64,000 nucleotides of DNA, from the IMG/VR virus record IMGVR_UViG_3300049049_000237, positions 112,003 to 176,002 of that record; one strand, written 5' to 3'. A program made the translations under genes and the position numbers. The number at the start of each line of letters is the position of its first letter. Position 1 is the stretch's first letter. The notes under the pieces were generated by a model. That model was not told where the DNA came from. It saw only the letters and a program-made list of their open reading frames with translations, and did not search any database. This document shows, piece by piece, positions 17,649 through 26,538 of this stretch. The DNA is from a virus.

Positions 17649-19036
17649 AGTTCGTACTTCGTGATCCCCAGACCGCGTACCTCGATACGTGGCTCTGGCT
17701 CCCGAAGATGTACTGGAGCGTCGGCCAGCTACAGGCGGCGCTCCGGTACGAGAACCCCAGGACGGGTGACCTGCTCGACGTCTTTCACGAGGCGGCCGAG
17801 CACTACAAGGTTCCCCGCAACTTCCTGTCCTGGGAGACTCTCGGGAAGCTGCCGTACCCCGTGGTCGACAGCCGGTTCACCGACTTCCCTCGCGTCGAGT
17901 TCACGAGCAAGGTCGTGCTCGACGCGAAGGAGCCGTCGAAGACCTACCAGCGAGATGGCTCACAAGCTCTTCTTTCGGTATGGGACGGCATCCTCACCCT
18001 GCGCTGCGGGGCAGGGAAGACAGTCGTTGGACTACACACGGCTGCGCAGAACAAGAACCCCATCCTCATCGTCGTGCAGGACAAGGGCCTCGCACGGCAG
18101 TGGATGGAAGAGATCGAAGAGTTCCTGGGCATCCCAGCCAAAGAGGTGGGACGCGTCGGCGGCGACAAGTCGCCGTTCGACTGGGAGAAGAAGATCTGCG
18201 TCGCGATCGTGAACACGCTCGCGATACGTGTGCAGGAAGGAACGCTGCCGCCGGAGATGACCCGGCACTTCGGCACCATCCTGCTGGACGAGGCGCACAC
18301 GATGGGCGCTCCGTTCTTCAACACGGCCATCCCGCCGTTCCACGGCAGGCGTTGGGGACTGAGCGCGACCCCGACGCGCGAGGACGGGTTCGACTCGCTC
18401 CTCCAGTACACGATGGGCGACGTCGTGTACGAGTATCTGATGCCGGACCTGAAGCCCACCGTCTTCTTTCGGTCCCTCCCGACGATCTTGAACACGACCG
18501 ACAAGCGGGTGAAGGAAGCGACCCACGACTCGACGGGCATGCTCCACTTCGGGAAGCTCTACGACTACTTCGCGTCGCTCGACCGCCGAGTCACCACGAT
18601 CGCGAACGACGTGAAGATCTCCCTGAACGACGGACGCCAGGTCCTCATCCTCACGCACAGCCGAGCGATGTGTGAAGCGCTGGCTGCGAAGCTGCCTGGG
18701 GCAGGCGTGGTGCACGGCGACGTGGGAGAGCTCGAACGGCTCAAGCGCATCAGGAACTGCAACCCCGTCATCGCGATCATGAGACTGGGCAAGCAGGCGC
18801 TGAACAAGCCCAGCCTCGACACGTTGTTCATCTGCGAGCCCTTCCGGAAGGAAGCGATGCTCCAGCAGTGCATCGGCCGCATCTTGCGCAACTACGGCGG
18901 CAAAAAGTCGCCGAGTGCGGTCTTCTACGAGGACACGCAGATCGAGCCGATGTTCAAGCTCTGCAACAAGATCCGACGAAGCCTCTACTACTGGCCCGCC
19001 AAGAAGGGCGGCCGGATCCCGTACTTCGACAAGTGA
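17645..19036 (+). CDS. Superfamily 2 DNA helicase (UvsW/XPB/ResIII-like)
   Basis: CGAGKT, DEAH, SATP and QCIGRILR motifs. Confidence 0.9.
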   Translation: MKFVLRDPQTAYLDTWLWLPKMYWSVGQLQAALRYENPRTGDLLDVFHEAAEHYKVPRNFLSWETLGKLPYPVVDSRFTDFPRVEFTSKVVLDAKEPSKTYQRDGSQALLSVWDGILTLRCGAGKTVVGLHTAAQNKNPILIVVQDKGLARQWMEEIEEFLGIPAKEVGRVGGDKSPFDWEKKICVAIVNTLAIRVQEGTLPPEMTRHFGTILLDEAHTMGAPFFNTAIPPFHGRRWGLSATPTREDGFDSLLQYTMGDVVYEYLMPDLKPTVFFRSLPTILNTTDKRVKEATHDSTGMLHFGKLYDYFASLDRRVTTIANDVKISLNDGRQVLILTHSRAMCEALAAKLPGAGVVHGDVGELERLKRIRNCNPVIAIMRLGKQALNKPSLDTLFICEPFRKEAMLQQCIGRILRNYGGKKSPSAVFYEDTQIEPMFKLCNKIRRSLYYWPAKKGGRIPYFDK

Positions 19037-19047
19037 GAGACAGGAAC

Positions 19048-19572
19048 ATGGACATCATCAACAAGAGCAGCGTGCAGGACACCCTTCCTTCGATCGAGAT
19101 GTGGACCGGGCTGGAGCGACCGCGCCTCAGGCTCTCCGACTCGGATGCCGTGTTGCGTGTGCACATCAACCCGGCAGACCGCGAGTACCGCTGGCTTGAT
19201 CACGTCGTCCTGCTGCCCTGGTTCGCGCCGCAGCGCGTTCTCGGCTTCGTCCACCCGAGGATGATGGAGAAGGTGGGCCAGGAGCCGTTCATGCTGCACG
19301 CCGCATGCATGTACAACGCGAACCACGCGCTCCAGCCGGTGAACGGCAACCAGATGCGCGTCGTGGAGGGGCCGAAGATCACGCTGCCCTACGACCTCAT
19401 CGATCCGATGAACATCCGCATCTACCGCTGCCCGTCGGCCATCTTCCTCGCCGACCAGTCGCCGCGGACGCGTGAGGTGTTCGCGGCGATGCTCATCCAG
19501 GTCCTCGCCCCGACGCAGATCGAGCTCGCGGACCCCGGGAAGGTGCCGCCCCAGCGGGGTCAGCGCGGATGA
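19048..19572 (+). CDS. Hypothetical protein (174 aa)
   Basis: AGGA SD; ATGA coupling to the next gene. Confidence 0.7.
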   Translation: MDIINKSSVQDTLPSIEMWTGLERPRLRLSDSDAVLRVHINPADREYRWLDHVVLLPWFAPQRVLGFVHPRMMEKVGQEPFMLHAACMYNANHALQPVNGNQMRVVEGPKITLPYDLIDPMNIRIYRCPSAIFLADQSPRTREVFAAMLIQVLAPTQIELADPGKVPPQRGQRG

Positions 19573-20306
19573 CCGACGAGGCGCGCTCGAAGAGAAACCT
19601 GACCGTGCTCTCCGAGCAGTGGCACGGATGCACGCGCTGCGAGCTGTCGAAGACCCGAGAAGGTCCCGACATCTTCTTCGGGTTCGGAGAAGCGCAGCCT
19701 CGCGTACTCGTCATCGGCTCGACGCCCACCGCTGCGGACGAGTATGGGAACGCGATGTTCGCGGGGGATGAGGGGGATCTTCTTCTGCACCTGTTGAGAG
19801 AAGAAGCCAACATCCCGACCGAGGACTGCTTCTTCACGTACGCCGTCTCGTGCCGCCCGAAGGTGTTCATCCCCGCGACGGAGGATGAGCCCGAGCGCAT
19901 CGAGAACAGGCCGCCCTCGAAGGAGGAGCTCGTGGCGTGTCGCCCGCGCCTGTACGAGATCCTCTACCAGACCGACCCTCGCGCGATCGTCACCGTCGGC
20001 GAGGTCGCAACGAAGGCGGTCGTGCGGGGACGACTGCCGAAGTTCGTCGAGGCCGTCGACAAGCAGTACCAGTGCGTGCTGTTCCCCGCGACGAAGGAAG
20101 ACCACGAGGACAACAAGGTGACGGGCAAGGCCCGCTACCAGCCGCTCGTCTATCCGGTCTTCCCGATCCCCGACATGAACACGATCATCAACAATCCGAG
20201 CACCGCTGAACATGGTCCTTACCGCCTCGCGGTGAAGATCCTCAAGAAGGTGCAGGACTACACGAAGTTCGTAATCGAAAACGAAGAGCACACGATGAGG
20301 GGCTGA
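19569..20306 (+). CDS. Family-4 uracil-DNA-glycosylase-like Fe-S protein, degenerate active site
   Basis: CTRCEL, SCRP and NRPP...C cluster ligands; motif A is GSTPT and there is no motif-B HP. Confidence 0.8.
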   Translation: MTDEARSKRNLTVLSEQWHGCTRCELSKTREGPDIFFGFGEAQPRVLVIGSTPTAADEYGNAMFAGDEGDLLLHLLREEANIPTEDCFFTYAVSCRPKVFIPATEDEPERIENRPPSKEELVACRPRLYEILYQTDPRAIVTVGEVATKAVVRGRLPKFVEAVDKQYQCVLFPATKEDHEDNKVTGKARYQPLVYPVFPIPDMNTIINNPSTAEHGPYRLAVKILKKVQDYTKFVIENEEHTMRG

Positions 20307-20737
20307 TGTCCAAGCAGACCGCATTCGCAGCGAAGACCGCATACGAGCAGGCCCTGGCCCAGTACGAGGCGTTCCGCGCGGAGCACGCCGACGTCTTCGA
20401 GGAGCACGACCATCTCGCCGTCGCCCTCCAGGAGGCGTTCGACGCGATGAAGAACGAGTACAAGGAGAACCACAAGATCCTGGGTCGCCAGTTCGCCGGC
20501 ATGAAGCTCTCCGTCCCGCGCGAGCTCAAGGTCGACGTTCTCATCGAGGAGCTGGGCGAGGACGAGGTCGAGAAGTTCAGCTTCGTCAAGAAGAAGCTGA
20601 GCATCGACGCGAAGGAGTGGGACAAGGCCGTCTCGGCTGGCGTGATCGATCGCTCGCTCGCCGAGAAGGTCGAAGGCGAAGGTTCTCCCCGCATCACCGG
20701 TGGTCCGCGCTCGCTGCCGACCATCTACCAGCCGTAG
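20306..20737 (+). CDS. Hypothetical protein (143 aa)
   Basis: TGATG coupling; helical and charged. Confidence 0.75.
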   Translation: MSKQTAFAAKTAYEQALAQYEAFRAEHADVFEEHDHLAVALQEAFDAMKNEYKENHKILGRQFAGMKLSVPRELKVDVLIEELGEDEVEKFSFVKKKLSIDAKEWDKAVSAGVIDRSLAEKVEGEGSPRITGGPRSLPTIYQP

Positions 20738-21096
20738 TGATCACGGAGATCGTTCAGTGGGTCGAGGCATGGGACGCCGATGGCGAGCCCATCCTCGACC
20801 TCTGTTACCAGTCCTACCTCACAGAGGAACAGCTCTACATGGCTGACGTGTTCAAGTCGCTCTCGGGCGACGGCAAGGCGAAGATCAGACGCGAGCTCAC
20901 CGAGACGCTCGGCGGCCCGCGCTACAGCTCGATCAAGGTGACGACCAGCATCGAGCTCACTTGCGACCAGTCGCAGCCGGTCATCCGGCGCGCAGCGAAG
21001 GAAGCGATGGCCGAGGTGCAGATCCTCAACGAGGAAGCCCTCACGGTCTCGTGGGAGAAGCTCCGCGAGCACATCAAGGACACGGACTGGACCTGA
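20737..21096 (+). CDS. Hypothetical protein (start uncertain: GTG 20737 or ATG 20839)
   Basis: Fills the operon gap; TGATG-coupled to the next gene. Confidence 0.65.
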   Translation: MITEIVQWVEAWDADGEPILDLCYQSYLTEEQLYMADVFKSLSGDGKAKIRRELTETLGGPRYSSIKVTTSIELTCDQSQPVIRRAAKEAMAEVQILNEEALTVSWEKLREHIKDTDWT

Positions 21097-21422
21097 TGCA
21101 CAGCGGATTCAAAGGAACGCGTCTCGCGCTGACTTCCATGTCGGTGCGAGAGAACATCATCAACTACGAGATCTCGTACATCGATAGCGACGGCGTGTCC
21201 CACGGGACGATGAAGCACGCGCACTCGATCGTCGAAGGTTCGGACGTACACAAGAAGATGGACGAGCTCGCAGGACTTCTGCTGGGACAAGCCGCGAAGA
21301 TGCACTTCGAGAGCCCCGCTGGAGAGACCGTGCGTGCACCCGCAGGAGGCATTCGTGGAATCGCAGAAGCTCTGGGCTATTCCGGAGTCCCGTCTGATGA
21401 GCCTGACGGAACTCCAGGATAG
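21096..21422 (+). CDS. Hypothetical protein (108 aa)
   Basis: ATG overlaps the upstream TGA. Confidence 0.65.
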   Translation: MHSGFKGTRLALTSMSVRENIINYEISYIDSDGVSHGTMKHAHSIVEGSDVHKKMDELAGLLLGQAAKMHFESPAGETVRAPAGGIRGIAEALGYSGVPSDEPDGTPG

Positions 21423-22449
21423 CGTCGTCATCGACGCAGATCATCATCACCCCGACATCATCTTCGACCCGACCGGACAGCATCACAACATGTTCTTCCG
21501 CGTCCTCCCGATGAAAGAGATCATCGACGAGAACGAGGAGAACATGGTCGGGCTGGTCATCGACTCCAACATCGACGACCACGTGCTGTACGAGACCCGC
21601 GCCCACATGTTCACGCGGTGGAGCCGGCACCAGCTCCTCGCCTTCTTCGGCGCCCGCGAGAAGTGGTTCAGCTTCGTGGACCTGGAGCGCCAGGCAGACG
21701 AGCTCAACGCACGCGTGGGATCACTCGCAGGACACTGCATCCGCACGATGCGTCCCTTCGACGAGGACTTCCCGATCCACATCGTCCGCGGCATCGTGAG
21801 CGCCGAGTACGTGGACATCCCGAACGTCGCTATCATGGAAGCGATGGTTGCACGCATGCCCAGTGACGCATGCGCGCTTCGCTACCACAGCGGCATCACC
21901 GATCGGGCGTTCTACGCCTACGTGTTCAGCCCCGACATCATCGCGATCCCAGGCACGAAGTTCATCGCGCATCCCGGCGCGCTCGTGCGCAACAGCGAGG
22001 TCGGGCACACCTCGCTCAGCATCACGCCGTGCTTGGTCACGCCGACCGGGCAGCCCATCGTCGCGAAGGAGCACGTGATGCTTCGTCGTGTTCACCGTGG
22101 GCGTGACCTCGACCTCATGGGTCTGTTCGAGGGCACCTTCGACAAGTGCGCGACCCTCTGGAAGGGGATGAGCAGCAAGATCATGATGCTCTCCTCGAAG
22201 ACGTATCCGGACACTGACAACGCGGTCGCGACGATGCAGCGGCTGCTGATCCGTGCAGAGGCGAGGAAGGACTTCATCGCCCTCTGTACCCAGAAGTACA
22301 GGAACACCCGCAGCGGCCAGACGAGGCACACCGCCCTCGACATCTTCGAGGTCGTGACCGAGGTCTGCGCCACGTTCACCGATCGCGACGAGAGCTACGA
22401 GCTCGGTGCCATCGCTGGTGCCGTGCTCTTCCGACTCGTTCTCACCTGA
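21397..22449 (+). CDS. DUF932-like protein
   Basis: RGIVSAEY...N and NSEVGHTSL motifs, recalled as typical of this phage/MGE family. Confidence 0.55.
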   Translation: MSLTELQDSVVIDADHHHPDIIFDPTGQHHNMFFRVLPMKEIIDENEENMVGLVIDSNIDDHVLYETRAHMFTRWSRHQLLAFFGAREKWFSFVDLERQADELNARVGSLAGHCIRTMRPFDEDFPIHIVRGIVSAEYVDIPNVAIMEAMVARMPSDACALRYHSGITDRAFYAYVFSPDIIAIPGTKFIAHPGALVRNSEVGHTSLSITPCLVTPTGQPIVAKEHVMLRRVHRGRDLDLMGLFEGTFDKCATLWKGMSSKIMMLSSKTYPDTDNAVATMQRLLIRAEARKDFIALCTQKYRNTRSGQTRHTALDIFEVVTEVCATFTDRDESYELGAIAGAVLFRLVLT

Positions 22450-22562
22450 CGCTGCCCGTACGCACGGTCACCACGCGAACCACACAACCGATTGTGGTCC
22501 GCGGGACGTGCTTGCGGGCGCGCGTTTCCTTCTCCAGTATCGCCCTCCCCCGGAGGTTCGAG

Positions 22563-24197
22563 TTGTCGACGATTGCCCTCGAACTGTTTGCCGCGATGAT
22601 CAAGTTGGGCGACCTCACGCCCATCCATCGCGGAGACCTGCGCAGGGAGCACTGCACCGACGCCGCATCCGAGACGCTGTTCGATTTCTGCGCCAACTAT
22701 CGCCAGATGACCGATGGGCAAGGACGTGTGCCCTCGCTGTCGGTCATCAAGGATAGGTTCCCGCACATCAGCCTGCCGGAACCTCCCGAGCAGATCGACC
22801 TGCCGGGCCTCGTCTACGAGGCGAAGGTCTACAAGACGAAGCTCAACGTGCAGGAGCTCGTCGACAAGATGGTGGACGCGATCGAAGCGACGGACCCGAT
22901 CGCTGCGCTACGCACCGTCCGGATGCAGTTCGATCAGGTGATGTCGACGATGTCGAGCGCTACCGACCTCTCCTTCAAGGAGGCCGCGCTCGACATCATC
23001 GACAAGTACCAGCAGGGCAACATCCTGCCCGAAGGTATCCCCTGGCCCTGGCCGTCTCTCCACAAGGCGACCAGCGGCATGCACAAGGGCCAGTTCTACG
23101 TCATCGCTGGACGACCCAAGTCCCGCAAGACGTTCATCGCCCTGTACATCGGCGCCTTCCTCGTGAAGTTCTTCGGACTGCGTGTGCTCTTCGTCTCTCC
23201 GGAGATGCCGCCCATGCAGGTCATGCTCCGCTTCGTCGCCTTCATGGCGGAGGTGGAGTACAGCGCGTTCAAGAAGAGCGAGCTCTCGAAGGAAGACGAA
23301 GATCGTCTCTACGACGAGATCAGCGGCTTCCTCGACACGCTCGACGGCATCCTCGACGACCCCACGGGGAACACCGAGGACGCAGTCGGCTACCTGGGCC
23401 CGAACGCCGAGGACATCCCTCGCGGTACCGAGCCCGCCTTCATCGTGACGAAGGCCACCGGTCAGACGGTGAGCTTCATCGAGATGAAGATCAAGGAGCA
23501 CCGGCCCGACGTCGTCATCGTGGATTCGTTCTACCGCATCGGCGCGGTGGGCGCGCGAGCGAGCGACCCGGACTGGAAGCAGATGACGTCCGTCAGCCGA
23601 CACCTGAAGGACATGGCGATGGAGCAGGACGTGGTGGTCATCGGGACGCACCAGCTCAATCGCGATGCGGATCAGAAGGTCGGTAGCATCGCGAACCTCG
23701 CGCTCTCCGACGCAGTCGGCCAGGACTGCGACCTCGCGATCCGCGTCATCACCGCCAAGCGCACGACGGGCGACAAGTCCGCGCTCTACGTGCTCGGAGG
23801 CCGCGAGACGGACTGCGACGGCGTGTTCATCCACAACGAGCCGTGCAGCAACTTCACCGAGATCGGTCCCATCGGACCCGGCATGCGTAAGAAGCTGCTG
23901 GAGATGATGGTCGAGGAAGATGAAGTCGACCAGGCCGAGGACGGACAGACCTCGGGCGGCAAGCCCCCGGCGAACATGAGAGGGGACAAGACGAAGGCAG
24001 CAGCAGCGGTGACGGCCAAGCTCAAGGGGAAGTCGTCGTCCGTGTCGAACTTCACGAACGGCAACGGGAAGGGCATGTCGAACGCGATGCCGAAGCGAGC
24101 GGCTGAGACCGTCTCGGCATCGATGGTCGCCGCGAACCCGATCCGTCCCGAAGACCTCGACCCCGACACTGACGAAGCCGAAGCCGCCGAGGAGTAG
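22563..24197 (+). CDS. dnaB: DnaB-like replicative helicase
   Basis: AGRPKSRKT, SPEM, VIVDSFY, HQLNR and GQDCD motifs; TTG start after GGAGG. Confidence 0.9.
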   Translation: MSTIALELFAAMIKLGDLTPIHRGDLRREHCTDAASETLFDFCANYRQMTDGQGRVPSLSVIKDRFPHISLPEPPEQIDLPGLVYEAKVYKTKLNVQELVDKMVDAIEATDPIAALRTVRMQFDQVMSTMSSATDLSFKEAALDIIDKYQQGNILPEGIPWPWPSLHKATSGMHKGQFYVIAGRPKSRKTFIALYIGAFLVKFFGLRVLFVSPEMPPMQVMLRFVAFMAEVEYSAFKKSELSKEDEDRLYDEISGFLDTLDGILDDPTGNTEDAVGYLGPNAEDIPRGTEPAFIVTKATGQTVSFIEMKIKEHRPDVVIVDSFYRIGAVGARASDPDWKQMTSVSRHLKDMAMEQDVVVIGTHQLNRDADQKVGSIANLALSDAVGQDCDLAIRVITAKRTTGDKSALYVLGGRETDCDGVFIHNEPCSNFTEIGPIGPGMRKKLLEMMVEEDEVDQAEDGQTSGGKPPANMRGDKTKAAAAVTAKLKGKSSSVSNFTNGNGKGMSNAMPKRAAETVSASMVAANPIRPEDLDPDTDEAEAAEE

Positions 24198-24199
24198 AC

Positions 24200-25234
24200 A
24201 TGCGGCTCATCGACGAGGTCGTTCGGGACATCTCCCCGAGCGCTCTGGAGAACGCATCCGTCACGGCCGCCTACGTGATGGTGAAGTGTCCGTTCCACGG
24301 AGGCGGTACCGAACGCACGCCGTCGTGTTCGCTGTCTCGCTCCAAGCCGGTGTTCTTCTGCCACGCGTGCAGCACCGGCGGCCACATCAGCAGGTACCTC
24401 CGCGCGATCGGCGCCTCGAAGGACTACGCCAAGAACGCAGTCGAGAAGGTCGACTACGACTACAGCGAGTTCGGCGACGGGGCTGGCCGCAAGTCGATGT
24501 ACAGCGGCAAGGTGAACCGCTTCCGTGGCGAGTTCATCTTGGATGACGACCTACTCGACGGCTGGCGTCTGCGTCCGCAGGCGCTCTTCCATGCGGGCTT
24601 CAAGGAGCGTACGCTCAGGCACTTCGAGGTTGGCGTGGATCACGCCCGCGCTCGCATCACCTTTCCCCTTCGCAACCTGTACGGAGAGCTCGTAGGGGTC
24701 TCCGGCAGGACGATGGTGGAGAACACCGAAGGCCCCAGGTACAAGGTCTACTCGGCCAAGGACCTGGAGGAGTTCGGAGTACCCGCGAACTACACGACCC
24801 AGTCGATCAAGAGCTCGCTGCTTTGGCACGCGCACTTGGTCTACCCCATCTGCTTCAAGACCCGCGAGCCCATCGTCATCTGCGAGGGCTTCAAGGCTGC
24901 GATGTGGGTATGGCAGGCTGGCCTGCACAACGTCGTCGCTCTCGTAGGCGCGAGCCTGTCTATGGTACAGGCAGAGCTGCTGGCGAGGACCGCGAGCGAC
25001 GTGATCTTGTTCCTCGACAACAACACGGCCGGGAAGATCGGCACACACAAGGCCGCGGAGAAACTTCTCGCGAAGAACATCACGAAGGTCGCGAAGTACC
25101 CGGACCTTCGACCGCAGCCCGACGCGCTCACGGAAGCAGAAGTTCAACATGCCGTGACCGCGTCAGTTCCCTACTCACGCTGGCGACTGACGAACCGAAA
25201 AGAGAAGCGGTCGACTGACCGCGCGAAAGACTGA
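24200..25234 (+). CDS. dnaG: DnaG-like primase (CHC2 Zn finger + Toprim)
   Basis: CPFH...CHAC, FPLRN...GR, ICEG and FLDNNTAG motifs. Confidence 0.9.
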   Translation: MRLIDEVVRDISPSALENASVTAAYVMVKCPFHGGGTERTPSCSLSRSKPVFFCHACSTGGHISRYLRAIGASKDYAKNAVEKVDYDYSEFGDGAGRKSMYSGKVNRFRGEFILDDDLLDGWRLRPQALFHAGFKERTLRHFEVGVDHARARITFPLRNLYGELVGVSGRTMVENTEGPRYKVYSAKDLEEFGVPANYTTQSIKSSLLWHAHLVYPICFKTREPIVICEGFKAAMWVWQAGLHNVVALVGASLSMVQAELLARTASDVILFLDNNTAGKIGTHKAAEKLLAKNITKVAKYPDLRPQPDALTEAEVQHAVTASVPYSRWRLTNRKEKRSTDRAKD

Positions 25235-25245
25235 GGAAAGACGAG

Positions 25246-26532
25246 ATGACGAACAGGATGTTCACCCCCAAGACCCGTGGCACCGTTCCCCAGCGTCGTT
25301 TCGCGGACGACGCGAAGAAGGCCAAGGGCCGCACGGGCGGTGGCAACTTCAAGAAGGTCGAGGGCAAGTTCGATCGCCTGAAGCTCGGAGAGCAGCCCGT
25401 CTGGCTGCGCATCTCGCCGGACCAGCTCTACACGCAGCTCGTGTGGGATGGCGAGGCGAAGGAGGTCGTCGAGGTCACCCGGCCGTGGTTCGAGTCGGTC
25501 GGCCACTTCGTCCCGGGCAAGCAGCGCGGCTTCAACTGCTCGGCCGGTCCGCACCGGGATCAGCCGTGCCGTGGCTGCGCGATCCGCGCGTGGTTCTTCG
25601 ACCGTCTCCGTGCGAAGGAGAAGGAGATCGCGGAGAAGACGGGGATCGACCCGCGCCGCAACAAGGACCAGGGCGACAAGAAGCGCGACGACTCGAAGTC
25701 GCCGCCGGTGCAGGCCTCGAAGAACTTCGCGATGGGCGTCACCGTCCTGGAGAAGTGCTTCGAGATGCAGGCGATGGGCAAGGGCGGCAAGCCCCGCACG
25801 AACCGTGAGGGCAAGGCCATCACGAACATCGTCCCCGCGCCCCTCTCGGGCCTGTCGCCGCTGAAGCGTCGCGAGATGCCCGGCGAGTTCGGCTACAACT
25901 ACCACTACGGTGTGGGCAGCCGCGAGCTCGCGTCGCTCGCCAACATGGACATGGACCTGTGGAACTCGTGCGCCAACTGCGCGCACGATCTCGTCGCCAC
26001 GGAGTTCGTGTGCACGAGCTGCGAGGTCGTCTGCTTCGACGAGCCCTCGGGCCTGCGTGGCGCGGACCTCCGCGCGATGCGTGAGCAGGAGATGAAGTGC
26101 CAGTCGTGCGGACACGAAGGTCCGCTCAACCCGGTGCTGTCCTGCTCGCACTGCGAGAACCCGGCCGAGGGTTCGATCCTCGCGTTCGACCTCCGCCTCA
26201 AGAAGGTGAAGCTCGACGACAACAGCAGCCAGCTCTCGCTCGAAGAGTTCCGCGTGCCGGACTACGTGTCCCTCTTCGACGACGACGTGGCCAACCGCGT
26301 GAGCGAGCTCATCATGAGCCCGCTCGACATCCCCGCCATCTTCGCCCCCGACACGATCGAGGCGCAGGCGTGGATGCTGCCCGAGGACCTCAAGGCGATC
26401 GATCCGATGTACCACGTCAAGAACAAGAAGACCTCGGCCGCTTACGGCAGCGGCGACGGCACCGAGGGCGAGGGCGGCGATCCCGACCAGATGCAGTTCG
26501 ACGAGTCGAACGGCGAGAACGAGGAGAGCTGA
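25246..26532 (+). CDS. Putative single-stranded DNA-binding protein with multiple Zn fingers
   Basis: Between primase and polymerase; H..C..CxxC site plus four more CxxC; strongly acidic C-terminal tail. Confidence 0.5.
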   Translation: MTNRMFTPKTRGTVPQRRFADDAKKAKGRTGGGNFKKVEGKFDRLKLGEQPVWLRISPDQLYTQLVWDGEAKEVVEVTRPWFESVGHFVPGKQRGFNCSAGPHRDQPCRGCAIRAWFFDRLRAKEKEIAEKTGIDPRRNKDQGDKKRDDSKSPPVQASKNFAMGVTVLEKCFEMQAMGKGGKPRTNREGKAITNIVPAPLSGLSPLKRREMPGEFGYNYHYGVGSRELASLANMDMDLWNSCANCAHDLVATEFVCTSCEVVCFDEPSGLRGADLRAMREQEMKCQSCGHEGPLNPVLSCSHCENPAEGSILAFDLRLKKVKLDDNSSQLSLEEFRVPDYVSLFDDDVANRVSELIMSPLDIPAIFAPDTIEAQAWMLPEDLKAIDPMYHVKNKKTSAAYGSGDGTEGEGGDPDQMQFDESNGENEES

Positions 26533-26538
26533 GCCGAG

